A stretch of 64,000 bases of DNA from Psammoneis japonica (taxonomy: Eukaryota): positions 126,947 through 190,946 of the forward strand of contig QPGO01000113.1 of NCBI GenBank assembly GCA_008632985.1, in the 5' to 3' direction. Positions within the stretch are counted from its first letter, which is position 1; every line of letters starts with the position of its first letter. The notes beneath the pieces were generated by a model. The model saw only the letters and a list, made by a program, of their open reading frames with translations, made no database searches and had not been told where the DNA came from. The position numbers and the translations under genes were made by a program. Of the stretch, positions 1 to 12,698 are shown piece by piece.

Positions 1-2224
1 GGAATTTGTAACATCATGCCAAAAAAGGACCAGGGGCGGATCATATGGAAGGGGATGCTTATGAGAAGCTCGTGCATGATTGCCGACAAGAAAAAAACAA
101 GAAACATAGATGTCAATTTTGAAAGTCTCATGCGGATGCACGGAAAGTAGACATGTCGAATGAGCCAGTAATGAACTGGCATATTCCACAGTCTCCAGTA
201 AGCCGACACCTCTGAAGAATTCCACCAATCCTTGTAGAACACCCGATCCCCAAAGCGAAGAAGTTCCGCCATTAGATTGAGATAGAGATGAAAGTAGATA
301 TAAAATATCAATAACCACTTGGCAACGAGAAAGTGGAAGAAAGGTGAGCGCATTTTTTTCATAAAAAAGAGCATCGTGTCGGGAAGCTCCTCTTACCTCA
401 TAAGTGTTGACGATTGCCAGCTTTAGCCAGTACTCTGCCATGATCTTGGCCGTATACTGCCCATTCGTCCCTTCGAGATCACGCACAAGACTGTTGAGAT
501 TCGGTGCGATTACTTGAGCCGTGAGAAATAGAGAAAGAGAGACAGCAAACAAAAGACGAGCCAACAATCCAACGACCCTCCAGATTCTAATCCTCTGGGT
601 GCGAGGAAACGCAATCTGGTAGGTAAGTGTCGGAGCAAGCCAGAAGTAATACATGTTGGAGAGAGTAACATTTCTGAGCGGAGAGCAGTTGACAAGAGGA
701 GATGATGAGACCAACGTGGTGCTTTTGACATGGACTAGGAATTGAAATCATACACTCATACCTTGGATATGAAACCGAAATTTCTTCGGGATCAACGTCC
801 TCGACAAGGGTGACTGTAGTGCGATGTGTGGTCTCTGGATTCGCGCGGTAGTCCGCATTGGCCAGCATGTAGGAAAGCAACTTCATCCATGTGATCACTG
901 CATTCAAGAGAACGATGCCTCCAATGGTCGGACTGTCGATAAAGTTCCAGACGACAAAAATCATTGTGGCTAGACAGGAGTTTGCATTCAGATGGTGGAA
1001 CGTGCCCCCCAGCCCCTCGCTTATCTTGTTTCTGCTGAGAAGCCACTCAATCATAAAGGCACTTATGATGAAGAGCTGAAGAAGCGCGAATTCAGCGATA
1101 AACGGTGTTTCCTTCCACGACTCAAGAGTGAAGAGAGTAAAGAAGGTTGGAATGTGAACATTTGACAACACGAATCCGTGTTTTCGGCTCGTGTCCAGAA
1201 TGAGGCGAAAATTTGATACAACAAGAATGATCATGGCCAGGTTGAAGAAGCCGCGGTAGTTTTGCATAGATGCTTCTGCACTCAGGTAGGAAGGAGCCGC
1301 GGATCTATGCATTGGCCTTGAGGGAGGATATCCACTCGATGACCTCGGATTCGACTTTGCTGTGTCAGCGTTGGCAGACGTCGTGCGGTACTGCTTTTTC
1401 ACTTTCAACTTGGTTCCAGATGGTGTCCGGCTAAGTGGGCGGGCCTCTCCGGGGGCAAAGTAAAGTGCCGGAAGGGTACCCTTTGTGTTGCGTTTGAGGA
1501 TTGGAATTTCGGAGACCATTGAATTATGCTGCTGTTTTTGCTTCTCCATCTCTGCCAATCTCCTCGCCTCCTCCACTACGAATGTTTCAGAATCACAATA
1601 CGCGCAGGCTTCCGATATCAGACGAACCCACTGCGTCTTTTCTGCCAGACTAGGTGTCGAAAACCGCAAGAGTGGCACGATACCTTCCGGAGAATCATCG
1701 CTATGATCACTCGCATCAATGTCATCTTCGAACGTGTCTGGTCGCTGGAAGATACTGAACACGTGGAAATAGGCACCGACCTCATCAAGAGGCGGAGTCT
1801 CGCTATCTTTCCGCTTACGACTCTGCCGCTTATTTAATTTGTAGCCATCATCGCGAACTCCAAAACCTCGCAAAGTGAGGAAATACCTCGGAGCCTCGTC
1901 GGTATGAGACTTGAAATACGAGAGCTTGCCTCCCTCGAGACATACAAACCTCAAATCCCACTTGGTGCCGCCCCAACCGATTGACCGATCTTGCCACTTG
2001 AATAGATAGCCACGTTTTCCCATGGGAGGGATCGATGTAGACGGTCGAGTGGGCAGTCGTCCATTCACATTTCCACCGGCAGTATCTTTCTCGCTAGAAG
2101 AAGATCCTTGGAGGCGCTTCAATGCCCGGTTTGCATCTTTCAGCTGGCGCTCGAGATCAGCGATTTTATTTCGGACCTCGGCTTCTGCAACACTCTGGGA
2201 TAACAATTTAGGGGTATCAGTCAT
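1..2224 (-). CDS. DGAT1: Diacylglycerol acyltransferase 1 with N-terminal PH domain (MBOAT family); multi-exon, 3' end beyond window start
   Basis: PH-like GYLFKWQDRSIGWGGTKWDLRFV; SxLS..QNYRGFFNL and WMKLLSY motifs. Downstream exons read YFWLAPTLTYQ and LLRFGDRVFYKDWWN after GT-AG introns (about 674-760 and 320-395). Start taken at MTDTPK. Confidence 0.93.
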
Positions 2225-2664
2225 TTTGAGCTTGCGATTCGTGTCCTTCGTGGTTTGTATCAAGGCTCGAAATGAAACGTGCTGCTGCACGATCTTTGGG
2301 ATGATGATGATGATGATATCTCGATTTCTCGATCGCGATAGTGACTGCTTCGCGCGTGCGAAAGATTTCTTGGACAACCGCACGGGCGCCAAAACCGACC
2401 GCCCTCATCATCACTCTCGGTAGCTACTGTAGCAGGCTCTGCTCGATCCGCTGGCGGCGCCGCGTGAGAGTCGTCCTTTGCAGTACGTAGATGGCTCTTC
2501 AAGATACATTAAAAGCTGTTATAGTCATATAATAAATTATGTAGTTCGGGGTGCATGGTGTGACAGAAGGAGTCCATGTCGCTGTGCTTCCAACAATTTC
2601 ATGAATCGCAGAGTAGGCCGCTCATTCGAGGCAGAGTTCGAAACCGAAACTTAAACTTTTGATT

Positions 2665-4248
2665 TCAAACTGATGCAACTTCCGAGTAGCTGTCAATGCT
2701 TTCAGGCTTTTCGTGAGAAGTACTCATATAAAGTGTTTGGTGAGCTTGGGTTCCGTTAGCTTCTTGTTCCGTTTTCGGCTTGATCAGAGAGACATCCGAG
2801 CGCTTCTCAGAATAAGACTCGGTCGACATAGCTTCACTCCTAGTCTCGTCTCTTGCTTCAAGGTTCGTGGCAGTTCCTGAGTGTGGCTTTGCCCGGCTGT
2901 TGTGAAAATCTGCGCAGACATCGATATCGCTCGGGGTTTCGGAACTTGTATAGGACGTGAGGAGTGACGGCTCCCCTGACGAGTTGCAGGCAAGATACTC
3001 TGGAATCTGTTTTTCGTCTTTGGTATCGTCAGCCAGCCTCTGTTGCGCCCAATCCGCATCCTGTGCAGACGGGTCGTCACGTATTTCACTTATGTCAAGC
3101 CATTCAACTGCATTGTTGCTTTTCTTGACACTCAACTTGCAACTGCTCTCCGTGGCTTTAAGTCTTGAGATCATACGCCTTAGATCACCCACCCCATGAT
3201 GCAAATCGAACGATGACTGGTTGGAGCTCGAGACCATATCACTATTACTTCCATCAGAATCATCGTCTTGATTCATCATGGTATACAGCTCCCTGCGTGC
3301 CATGTGTATTTCCTTTGCGGTCGCCTTGCTTTCCTCCCTGACTTTCGCTTGTTCGTTGCGGAGTTCTGAAATAGTGACTACGCTTTGCTCTTGCCGTGAT
3401 TTGTGTGTTTCGAGCTCATCCCGAATGGTGACAAGTTCTTCCCTCAGCCACAAGTTCTCAGCTTCGAGAGATTCGTTTTCAAGTTCCAAGTTCATGACAT
3501 GGTCCTCTCGATCCAATTGCTGCATTTTCAATTTCAAGACACGATCTTGACATGAAGCGAGTTTTTTCTTGTATTCTTTGTTTTTGACGTCCATCTTCAA
3601 AAGCGTACTTTGTTGCCGTAGGACAAGATCTCTCATTGCAAGCAATGCGCGTTCTTTATCGTCCTTGTCAATGTAAGTAGCTGACTTCTGTGAAGACATC
3701 GATTGCTCTGCATCCGCCACAGAATCAGTGCCCGATTGCCCTTCGTCTTCTTCCACAATTTCCGATACAGCGGGTAAAGCATAATTGCTTAGATCTGAAA
3801 AGATTAAGGATTCGATGTCATTGTCTTGATCACATTCGCTTTTCTGTGTCGTGCTTGTGAGGTCCTCTTGCTTTTGTTCGTCGTCAGCGAATTTATCGCT
3901 AATTAGGTTCCACAGCACAGGAAGCTCCAAGTCAGGATCATGGTAGTTTAAAGTCTTTGTTCTGTCCAGTCCATCTTTCTCTTTTGATTGATCGAGCGAA
4001 GAGTCGAATTCAAGCTCTTTGTAGTAATGCTTTTTACGAAACTTCCGCTGCTTTCTAGGCGCATCAAACGACTTGATATCGAGTTTATTGAGGAGGGTCT
4101 TTGGCTTCAACGATTTTCGTTTCGACGGTGACTTGATCTCAGGGCTATCTTTAAGGACGGAATCATCAAATATAGCATCAAAATCTGAAGCCTTGCTATC
4201 ATCTGGAAACGAACCAGAGCCGCCGTCAACACGATGGAACATCGTCAT
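2665..4248 (-). CDS. Hypothetical coiled-coil, Ser/Asp-rich protein
   Basis: Long ORF with a heptad-rich central segment (RDLVLRQQSTLLKM...LEAENLWLREEL); first ATG at 4248. Confidence 0.7.
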   Translation of the reverse strand: MTMFHRVDGGSGSFPDDSKASDFDAIFDDSVLKDSPEIKSPSKRKSLKPKTLLNKLDIKSFDAPRKQRKFRKKHYYKELEFDSSLDQSKEKDGLDRTKTLNYHDPDLELPVLWNLISDKFADDEQKQEDLTSTTQKSECDQDNDIESLIFSDLSNYALPAVSEIVEEDEGQSGTDSVADAEQSMSSQKSATYIDKDDKERALLAMRDLVLRQQSTLLKMDVKNKEYKKKLASCQDRVLKLKMQQLDREDHVMNLELENESLEAENLWLREELVTIRDELETHKSRQEQSVVTISELRNEQAKVREESKATAKEIHMARRELYTMMNQDDDSDGSNSDMVSSSNQSSFDLHHGVGDLRRMISRLKATESSCKLSVKKSNNAVEWLDISEIRDDPSAQDADWAQQRLADDTKDEKQIPEYLACNSSGEPSLLTSYTSSETPSDIDVCADFHNSRAKPHSGTATNLEARDETRSEAMSTESYSEKRSDVSLIKPKTEQEANGTQAHQTLYMSTSHEKPESIDSYSEVASV

Positions 4249-4818
4249 TGTCAAAACTGATGTGATGAAAACATCGAAGTTTTGCCTGAAGTCTGCAGCA
4301 TTTCCGTTGAATCTGTAAGATCCTCGTACAAAACGTATGACAATATTACTTAGGGTCTTGTTGTGTTCAGCGATTATGATAAGATAGTCAGCGATATTTG
4401 CTGTCAAAATGCCCTTAGAATGATTAAATAATGTTAAAGCTTAAGTCCTGAATAAAGTATTTTTACTGGATATCACCTATTTTTAATGAATAATACTAAT
4501 AGTTATCTTGTGTTAAACCTACAAGCTTAGATATTGTACTTTTTCAAACTGTGTCGTCGGACGGAAGCGCGCCAAAAAAAAGTGACTGCTTTCGCGGCAA
4601 TTTTTGGATTTTGGGGGGGGGGGGGTGATTTAAATGTGGTGCTTTTGACAATGGACGGAGAACTGAGCTTCGTCTGAAAATCGCGAGGACAAAGAACACC
4701 AGTAAAAGAAGCATCAGTTAAGTTTGAATAGTCGCGGCAAGTCGGTTTACTTATTCGTGAGTTGTTTTCTTACCGTTACGGCAAGTAAGCTCGTCGAACT
4801 TTTGCAACTGACAACAAA

Positions 4819-5685
4819 ATGCCGATAAACGCCGAAGGGAGAAGTCGAGCTGCTGATTCCAAGATGAGAGTAAGCCGTGATGTCTCGCCTCTTAAATGGT
4901 ATGCCTTCTATTGTGAAAAGGCGGGGCGTGAGTATTTCTACGAGCCGGAGAGTGACACCACAACTTGGATATTACCGGACGATATTATAAATCCATGCAA
5001 CTACAACGTGGTCGATGATTCTGCACCAGGGTATCACCAACGGCCCAAGTATATCAAGATGGAAGATTCTTCAGCTTTGTCTTTATATCGTTCCGATAAG
5101 TTGGATAGCTATCATAGCTCAATTCATACTGAAGAAAGAAACGAAACGAAACGTCGTTGTTTGGCGAATGTATCTACTTCTATGAAACGTGGCACGTCTC
5201 TGCTGGTGTTTGTCCTGTTGCTAGTAGCGGGAGCTTGGGTACGGGGGCTGCAAAGATGTGTTCCGAGCTCTAGGGAAAATTATGTTCCTGACGGAAACGT
5301 CGAGGAAACTGATCGTAGCCACCGGATTCAGGAAGCGGAAAAGTTCTTTGATTCAAGTCAGCAGCACAAAACGGCCATTGGAGAGGATCCAATCCAAATT
5401 CGAGAAAGTGAGCATACAACGAAAATCAATCCTTCAATAGCCTTTCAATGCGACTTTGATGCACCTGAAAAAAGTATGGTCGATGAGTTGAACGACACGG
5501 TTGAAGAGCCGCCCAGCGAAATCGTGAAGAACATTACAGATGTATGCAGGGTTCAAGCGACTGCACAAACAAATGTGGAGTGCTGTATCCCTTTTGCTTA
5601 CCTCGTCTGTCGAAAATGTCGTGACTGGGCATACAGCGACCTGTCGTTTCGTCTACAAGAACTACTAGACTGGATGATGGAGTAG
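4819..5685 (+). CDS. WW-domain protein with one predicted transmembrane helix
   Basis: WYAFYCEKAGREYFYEPESDTTTWILP fits the WW signature; hydrophobic LLVFVLLLVAGAWV. Confidence 0.7.
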   Translation: MPINAEGRSRAADSKMRVSRDVSPLKWYAFYCEKAGREYFYEPESDTTTWILPDDIINPCNYNVVDDSAPGYHQRPKYIKMEDSSALSLYRSDKLDSYHSSIHTEERNETKRRCLANVSTSMKRGTSLLVFVLLLVAGAWVRGLQRCVPSSRENYVPDGNVEETDRSHRIQEAEKFFDSSQQHKTAIGEDPIQIRESEHTTKINPSIAFQCDFDAPEKSMVDELNDTVEEPPSEIVKNITDVCRVQATAQTNVECCIPFAYLVCRKCRDWAYSDLSFRLQELLDWMME

Positions 5686-5757
5686 TCAAAGTGCGAAGAG
5701 TAGAGTGGGGAGCAATGCTACTTGAAAGTGCTATGTCTTGGGACTTAGTTGAATCAT

Positions 5758-7397
5758 TCAAGAGCTGCGCTGCCAAGCGATCAAAAGATCAAGTTTAACA
5801 AAGTCCTGGTTGTTGTCTTCCGCTGGCAGCGGTCTCACCAAGGATGACTCCCAGGAACCCTCTCCAACTTGAATGTCTAGACCAATGGGAGCAGCGAAAT
5901 ACAGGTTCTCCTCTTCTCTCATGGAATTGTGGGTAACAAACTCGAACCACGCAGTGTCATTGTCCTTTGCAATGAATCGAATGCTCTCTTCTCTGGAAGC
6001 ATTTAAAACCTCTTCCGCATTCCAGCTTTCTACTTCAGGCGGGTCCTTCTGCTGAGCCTTTCCAAGTTCCAAAAAGGCGTCCTTGACTGGGTTCAATTCG
6101 ACAAGTTCTGTTGCGGCCAATTCGATGTTGGAGCTGCTACTTAGCATGGCATCAATTCGCTTGGAAACAATGACGTCCACCAGGAGGCTTTCGAGTCTCT
6201 TGATCCGACCATTGCCCTCAGATTCTGGTTCACCGTCGTACTCCGATGCCGTCAATCGCAGCCGAACAATTCCAAGTGTAGGATTAGCTACCTTTAATAA
6301 GAAAGCATGGCGCTTCCCTTCTGCATCGGATCGAAAACGAATAGCCTCCACTCTTGGAACAACATGGATAGCACTAGAATCCTGTGTAGAGAAAGATATA
6401 TCGTGAGTCTCAGTATCATGTTAACGACACGGGTTGAGAAAAGCACAGAAACGCATACCTTTTTCCACCACTGGCCGTGTCCAGTACGAAGACTGCTATC
6501 GCCCTCTAGAGGGTTAAGCTTTGGTTTAACGAGAATACCAGGGCGGCCATCAGCTAGCTCAGCCCGACATCGCCGACTTTTTCTCGGTCGCAAAGGGATT
6601 GGTAGCGGGAGTAAATCTCTGCGAGATCGCGGTGTTGCTGCTGTTACCATGGCTTGTAATGCCAGAGCATCCAAGCTAACATTTTCCAAGGATGAATCCG
6701 TTTCAGCCTCGCCTTCATTCAATGATATTTTTTCAAGAATTACACCTCCAACAGTAGCAGCTGCTTCTTCTTGCGCTTTTTCTCGCTTTCTTCGAACATC
6801 GTCTTCGAGGGTGTCGATAGACCAACCTTCTGGTCCATCAGCGTCCCAACCACGACGAGGGCCCAATACAACATTGCTTTGCTTTTGGCGTTTCATTTCT
6901 GTATCAGCAAGCTTACTCCAAGAATCGACCATGGTTTTGTAATGCTTCTCCACTGCGTCGTCACCTGCAACAATTCGCTGTTGAATCGCGGTTCCCAAGT
7001 CCTCAGCTGCGAGCGCAACTTGCTCTCTTCCGACGCTGCCATCTTCTGCCAGAGATAGATTCACAACAATATCACATTCCTTCGAAGTCCATGAACAGTA
7101 TCCACATTTGTAAAAACATTGTTTCTCTTTTTGGTCTACAAACACTTGAGCAACTGCGGTACACAAAGGACATCGCTTACACTGTGGCCGCGGACAATTG
7201 CCCAGGGATGCGGCTGAACCAACGTCATGGAATGACAGGCACTGCGGACAATAGGCAGAATCTATTTCCGTTTGTGTGGAGGGAGGATACCGATCAATTG
7301 AAGAGGACAGTCGCCGTGAAGCCGTGGCGTGGTAGCAGCAGGCAAGCGGAGCTGGGTGTCCCTGATGATCAACATAAAGAACGTGCGCTGACGACAT
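5758..7397 (-). CDS. DCTN4: Dynactin subunit 4 (p62); intron 6382-6458
   Basis: YCPQCL...C...CKRCPLC...CGYCSWTS zinc motifs and LRPRKSRRCR...ILVKP. A GT-AG intron joins WWKK to DSSAIHVVP. Confidence 0.85.
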
Positions 7398-7544
7398 GAC
7401 TTCGTATCAACGCCTTGAACTATTTACCAGTGATCTGTATCAACTGATGTTGTCGAGAACCGACGGGGTAGAAACGTCCTTGTCGTTCTGTTATCGGCTA
7501 TGATACTCATACGGTACACTGCAGGTCATCATTGTCGATAACGC

Positions 7545-7946
7545 TTAAGGGGGGTCATCCCCGCGTTTATCCTAAAATTACCGTTGCATTTGAATAAGGT
7601 TTTTTATAGTGTTTATTTTTGAATACAAGAATTGTTCATAGTCACACCCGATCGCGCACGAAAACGAGAACCATCAGCACCGCGATCGAAGCACGACGAT
7701 GATGACAATCATCGATATTTCTCAAAAACGTAGTTTGCCGTCTACCAACTTTTCATGTATATACAATCTTTGATACATAACAAACATAAAATAAATGAGA
7801 GTTGGTAGACGGACCACCTCCGTCACAGACTTATGGCTTGTTGTTTTCACCACGGTGAAGCACGGTGAAATCCAGGAAAAATCATGCAAAACACGAGCTA
7901 TTCGGCCGAATTCGAGCTAAAGAAAGTAGCAACCGACCACCCTTAA
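7545..7946. mobile_element. Possible non-autonomous MITE with TTAA flanks (Kolobok/piggyBac-like ends)
   Basis: ttaa|ggggggtc at 7545 and gaccaccc|ttaa at 7946 (7/8 inverted match); internal 13-bp inverted repeat 7738-7750/7800-7812. Confidence 0.3.
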
Positions 7947-8354
7947 CGCTGAGGATCCAGAAAACACAGCAATGGCACAGAAAAAGAAAATCCCATAAAG
8001 GATCAAATTCATACCTGTATTTCTGCAAAAAATGTACGTTTTGGAAAAACGGACAAGCGAACAAGGTCCGGCTCACATTTTTTGATACTACGTAGAAACT
8101 ACGTGATTTTTGTACCAACAACAGGCGTTGTTTTTGCGAATTTCTCGGAGGGAAAAATACAGTGTAAACGAAAGCCAAAACGCACGAGCAGCGGCGAGCA
8201 AAGACGTCGCATACGTGGCGTCTAACTTGTGCCGTTGTCAACAACCACGGTCAAATCAGGCCTGAGAACAGCTCACATCATCCTTTCGAAGAAGCTCTAG
8301 TCTTCTCTTACAGCCTCGACCCAAATCTATTCTCATTTGGTGAAGACTATCATC

Positions 8355-8910
8355 ATGAAATACATACTCAGTGCCATGGCTTTTGTAACTTTTTGCGCCG
8401 GAGCCGCATCCGCTTTTGCTGCCAGCGGTCGAGCAGGTGGGCGCTTTGCTTTGACCAGGAATGCAGCAATCACTCAGGCCGCCGGAAATTACAACACTGT
8501 CCTCATGATGTCGGCGTCACCAATGGATTTCGTCAAGTCGGAAATCGCCTCCAACAATGTACGTGCGATTTGGGTGGTTTGTTGACCGAGAACCGCCGAC
8601 AATGCCATATGTCATTTGTTTAACTCACCTCTTTGTGCCCTTTTGTTTCCTGTAGGTTATGGTTTTTTCCAAGAGCTATTGTCCCTTTTGCAAATCAACA
8701 AAAAGCATCTTGAGTGATCTGAATGCAGACGCTAAAGTGATTGAGCTCGATGAGATTGAAAATGGAGACGAGATTCAGGACGCCCTGTTGGAGTTGAGTG
8801 GACAGCGTACTGTTCCGAACGTGTTTGTTGGTGGCGAACACGTGGGTGGAAACGACGATACCATGAAAGCAGCAAAATCAGGAAAGCTCCAGGAAATGAT
8901 TGGAAAATAG
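8355..8910 (+). CDS. Glutaredoxin (CPFC), probably plastid-targeted; intron 8559-8655
   Basis: VFSKSYCPFC, GQRTVPNVFVGG, GGNDD; N-terminal signal peptide followed by ASA-FAA motif; GT-AG intron keeps frame. Confidence 0.93.
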
Positions 8911-9119
8911 AGAAGCTAAGAATTATGTAAAAACCAAGTGTGAAGAATACTTAGAACTACATTAGCAGAACACAGCCATACCGATGAAGTTCTTCTTTTT
9001 ATTCAAGGAAGCGTGGTCCGAAACAACCATCTAGTCCAGAATCCCACTGTTGATTTACATGTTGTCTTAATGCTTCCCATCTTCTCCCGAAAGAACAGAG
9101 AACAGGAAACGAAACTCAT

Positions 9120-10262
9120 CTACCTCCCTCCAGTAATTTGTTGACGCAACGCCAAGATACTCTGTTGCTTATCCGGTGGTAGCTGAGCAATCAGTTCAGG
9201 AGTCAATGACATAACCTGCTGAACCAGGGTCGGATCGATATTCGAAACGGCGGCCTGCGGCGCCTGCATCGCTGGTTGAGGCACACCGTATTGCTGCTGG
9301 GGTGGTGGCGGTATCGCGGGTGGAGCAGCTGCTTGCTGTTGCTGCTGCTGACGAGGATCCATAGCAGCACGTGGATCCTTTCGAGGAACTGGAGCCGCAG
9401 TCGCTGCTGCTGCAGCAGCAGCCATGCGCGGATCAACGCGGGCCCTCGGATCGGCTGCACGTGGAGGAGCAGCTGCAGTTGTTGTTGTCGTCTGTGGGGG
9501 CGGCGGCGGAGGCAGTCCGGGTGTTGCGGCAGGGTTCAAACCAGCATATCCTTCGGTACTGACAGGCGTTTTGATCATTTCTAGCTTGCTCATGAGATGA
9601 AGAATAGCTTCTGGGAGTTGTGGATGCCCTGATAACAACCTACGCGCTTCATCTGGGTCGCGGTCTGCAATCTCTTTAAGTTTCGCAATCACGTCATACA
9701 TTTCTCCCTTATTCATGCTCTTGAGAGCTTCCGCTACAGCTTGCGTTCCTGCACCTGCTGAAGATGCACTACCAGCGCCTGATCCAGCACCAGAACTCCG
9801 CTGGGTCTGTTGCGACAAGTCCATACCAAGTCTCCCCGCGAGCGCCTCTAAGTGAGAGCTGTTACTAAAGTTGACACGAATCCGCCTGCCGTTCAGTTCG
9901 TAATCGTTCATATTACGAATAGCACTCAATGCCACCTGCGGGTCTTCAAACTCAATAAACGCAAAACCACGCGGCTTTCCTGTATCCATATCAGTCACCA
10001 TGCGAACCTTGATCACTCGACCAATCTCAGAAAAAGCCTGATGCAACTGTTCTTCTGTCGTGGTGAAGGCGAGGTTACCAACAAAAATATCATGCTTTTG
10101 CTGCTGTTGCTGTTGCTGACCACCTTTTAGAAAGAAGCAGATGTTTAGTCAAGCGATATGCTAAGACATCGAAATACTACCGTAGCAAAACATACCTGGT
10201 TGGATCCCACCGTAGGTCATGCCACCAGGTGGAGGCGGAGCTCCAGGTACACCTCCCCACAT
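9120..10262 (-). CDS. CSTF2: Cleavage stimulation factor 64 kDa subunit-like (RRM + hinge + C-terminal domain); intron 10124-10195
   Basis: IFVGNLAF (RNP2), KPRGFAFIEF (RNP1), ALSAIRNMN; hinge ARRLLSGHPQL; C-terminal QQVMSLTPELIAQLPPDKQQSILALRQQ. Confidence 0.88.
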
Positions 10263-11033
10263 TTTAACGAAACTATCTGATCCTGAAGCCAATGTCACCG
10301 TTCACTTCCCTTAGACAGGTGTCTTGTTGCCGCTGCTACAGTATCTTCTCTAACTATATCTCCGTTTGATAATTGCTAATCAGCAATCAACATTCGATCT
10401 CGATCACACACAAGACACAAGCAGCAAACATAGCAGCAAGCACGCAAGCTGCGATACAAGTACCGGTAGGACGACACGCGCAAGTTTGGGATGGACGGAC
10501 GGACAGGCGAGGTTTCTCGTGCGTCCGTATGTCCATCCTGGGGGAAGACTCCAGCCAGCTGCTGGCTGAAAAAAGTCTGCTCGTCAGTGCGTTTGGGGGT
10601 TTTGCAAGTACAATTTTTACGTACGCAAAAGAAGACGAGTCTGTCCAGCTTTCACCAAACCCCCCTAACGCACAGACTGACAGACTCTTTCAGTACAATT
10701 TCTACACAAAATTCTTCAGCCAGCAGCTGGCTGGAGACTTCCCCCAATCCCGCCGTTTCGACGGTCGGCGATTTTGCGATTTCAAACAAACTGAAAACTG
10801 GAAAACTTCGCAACATGCACTGAACACACAAAAAACGAACAATAACAACGGCACTGAACATCATTTCAAAACCGCGACTTACACACTAATCGGCAGCGGA
10901 ATAACCAAGCAGCCACGTCCTTGAAATTCAACAACAGTATTCTTCTTGCAATCCACAAAAAGGTGAGCATCTTCAGTGTTGTTTTCATTGTTCGCCTATC
11001 CGTTTCAATGTCTCACGACAGCACTATCTTTCA

Positions 11034-12611
11034 ATGCACGACTCGACCATTACACCACTGTCTTTCAACATATTGACCTCGGCACAACAGATTCGGCAGC
11101 CTTTTCCTAGCCTTGTTCACACACAAACACCGAGCCTTGTCCGCAGTTCCAGCCAGGCTGCTGATTCTTTGTCTTCCGTGGCCAACACGGCGAGCGCGCG
11201 ACACCAAAAGAGCGTAGATAGGGTGAGGGATAAGAACGAGAAGCTGGTCGTGACCATGGACAATATCAGCGCGCTGGAGGAGTTTGGAGACTATAGCTAT
11301 GAGGAGCTTCGTCTTGCAGACTACATGCAGGGAAACCGTGGTGTTCAAGGTCGCAAGTGGAATCAAGTTAGCGCGATGGAGGAGTTTACAGACTATAGCT
11401 TTGAGGAGCTTCGTCTTGCAGACTACATGCAGGGAAACCGTGGCATTCAAGGTCGCAATGGAGACCACAGCTTTGAGGAGCTACGTCTTGCGGATTACAT
11501 GCAGGGAAACCGTGACATTCAAGGTTGCAACCGGAATCAAGTTAGCGCGATGGAGGAGTTTAGAGACTATAGCTTTGAGGAGCTTCGTCTTGCAAATTAC
11601 ATGCAGGGAAACCATGGCATTCAAGGTCGCAACCCGAATCAAATTAGTGAGATGGAGGACCCAAACTATAGCTTTGAAGAGCTACGACTTGCAGATTACA
11701 TGCAGGGAAACCGTGGCATTCAAGGTCGCAACCGGAATCAAGACATTGTTCATTACGTTGCTCCGGATTCGAACTTCAAATTTTCCAAAACTCCACAAAA
11801 CGAAGAAGAGAGTTGGAAACCGACCGTGAGCTTATCGCCGCAACCATCACAACCTCTAATGTCACCAGTGGCGGCAACGCTGCAACAGATGAAGAAGACT
11901 ACAGAAGGGCAAAGCCTGGTGGATATCATGGGCTTGCAGGGCGTAGACCGAGAAGTGCTCTCGTTCCTCGCAGTCCAAGACGTGACACGACTGGCCGAGA
12001 CATGTCAAGCCCTCCGTGAGCAACCCCTGCAATGGATGTTGCACAGCGAGATTCTTGTCCGACTCCTTTGCCCCTGGGAACTTCGACAACGCATCCTATC
12101 AAGTCGTAGCGTGACTGTCACGGCCTCTTCCCGGCTGGTGGAAAGGGAAATCACCGCACCGTCAGTGTGGCAAGCACTCAAACCGATTCTGCACAATCGG
12201 CCGCTCAAGTATTCCTATGGTCTGAAGTTTACCATAAAACTCCATAATCAAGAGACGGTCCACTGCGAAGTTCACTTTCCGAATGATGTTTTTTGTCACC
12301 AAGCTGACGTTACGGTGGTGCCAAGGGGTGGCATGTATGGCGCTAACATTTTCCAAACCAAGCCGGCAACGTTGAACTGTCGTTGTGAGTCCAAGGGCTG
12401 CTGCTACGGAGGAACTTATCGGTACTATTACCTACCGACAGCACCATTATCGTTTGCGGCTCAGTTTTATTGTAATGCTTGTCTGGAATACAACATCTTT
12501 TGCAAGCTTCGCAAGATTGCACATCACCCCGCCTCCTATGTCGTGTGGGACCAAGACAATGTACGCACAAAGTATCAGTTTGATAAACGGCCTCGTGCTA
12601 CACTATTGTGA
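11034..12611 (+). CDS. Protein with five Nup98-GLEBS-like repeats, an F-box-like motif and a Cys-rich C-terminus
   Basis: Five S(F/Y)EELRLA(D/N)YMQGN units at about 11260-11740; LVDIMGLQGVDREVLSFLAVQDVTRLAETCQALR resembles an F-box. Confidence 0.75.
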   Translation: MHDSTITPLSFNILTSAQQIRQPFPSLVHTQTPSLVRSSSQAADSLSSVANTASARHQKSVDRVRDKNEKLVVTMDNISALEEFGDYSYEELRLADYMQGNRGVQGRKWNQVSAMEEFTDYSFEELRLADYMQGNRGIQGRNGDHSFEELRLADYMQGNRDIQGCNRNQVSAMEEFRDYSFEELRLANYMQGNHGIQGRNPNQISEMEDPNYSFEELRLADYMQGNRGIQGRNRNQDIVHYVAPDSNFKFSKTPQNEEESWKPTVSLSPQPSQPLMSPVAATLQQMKKTTEGQSLVDIMGLQGVDREVLSFLAVQDVTRLAETCQALREQPLQWMLHSEILVRLLCPWELRQRILSSRSVTVTASSRLVEREITAPSVWQALKPILHNRPLKYSYGLKFTIKLHNQETVHCEVHFPNDVFCHQADVTVVPRGGMYGANIFQTKPATLNCRCESKGCCYGGTYRYYYLPTAPLSFAAQFYCNACLEYNIFCKLRKIAHHPASYVVWDQDNVRTKYQFDKRPRATLL

Positions 12612-12698
12612 ACCAGAGATAATTTTTAGATACTTCCTTATGTAAACTAGCACTCCAACCGCCGAGGCCATATGACTAGCTAGATGATCAAATCTGTA

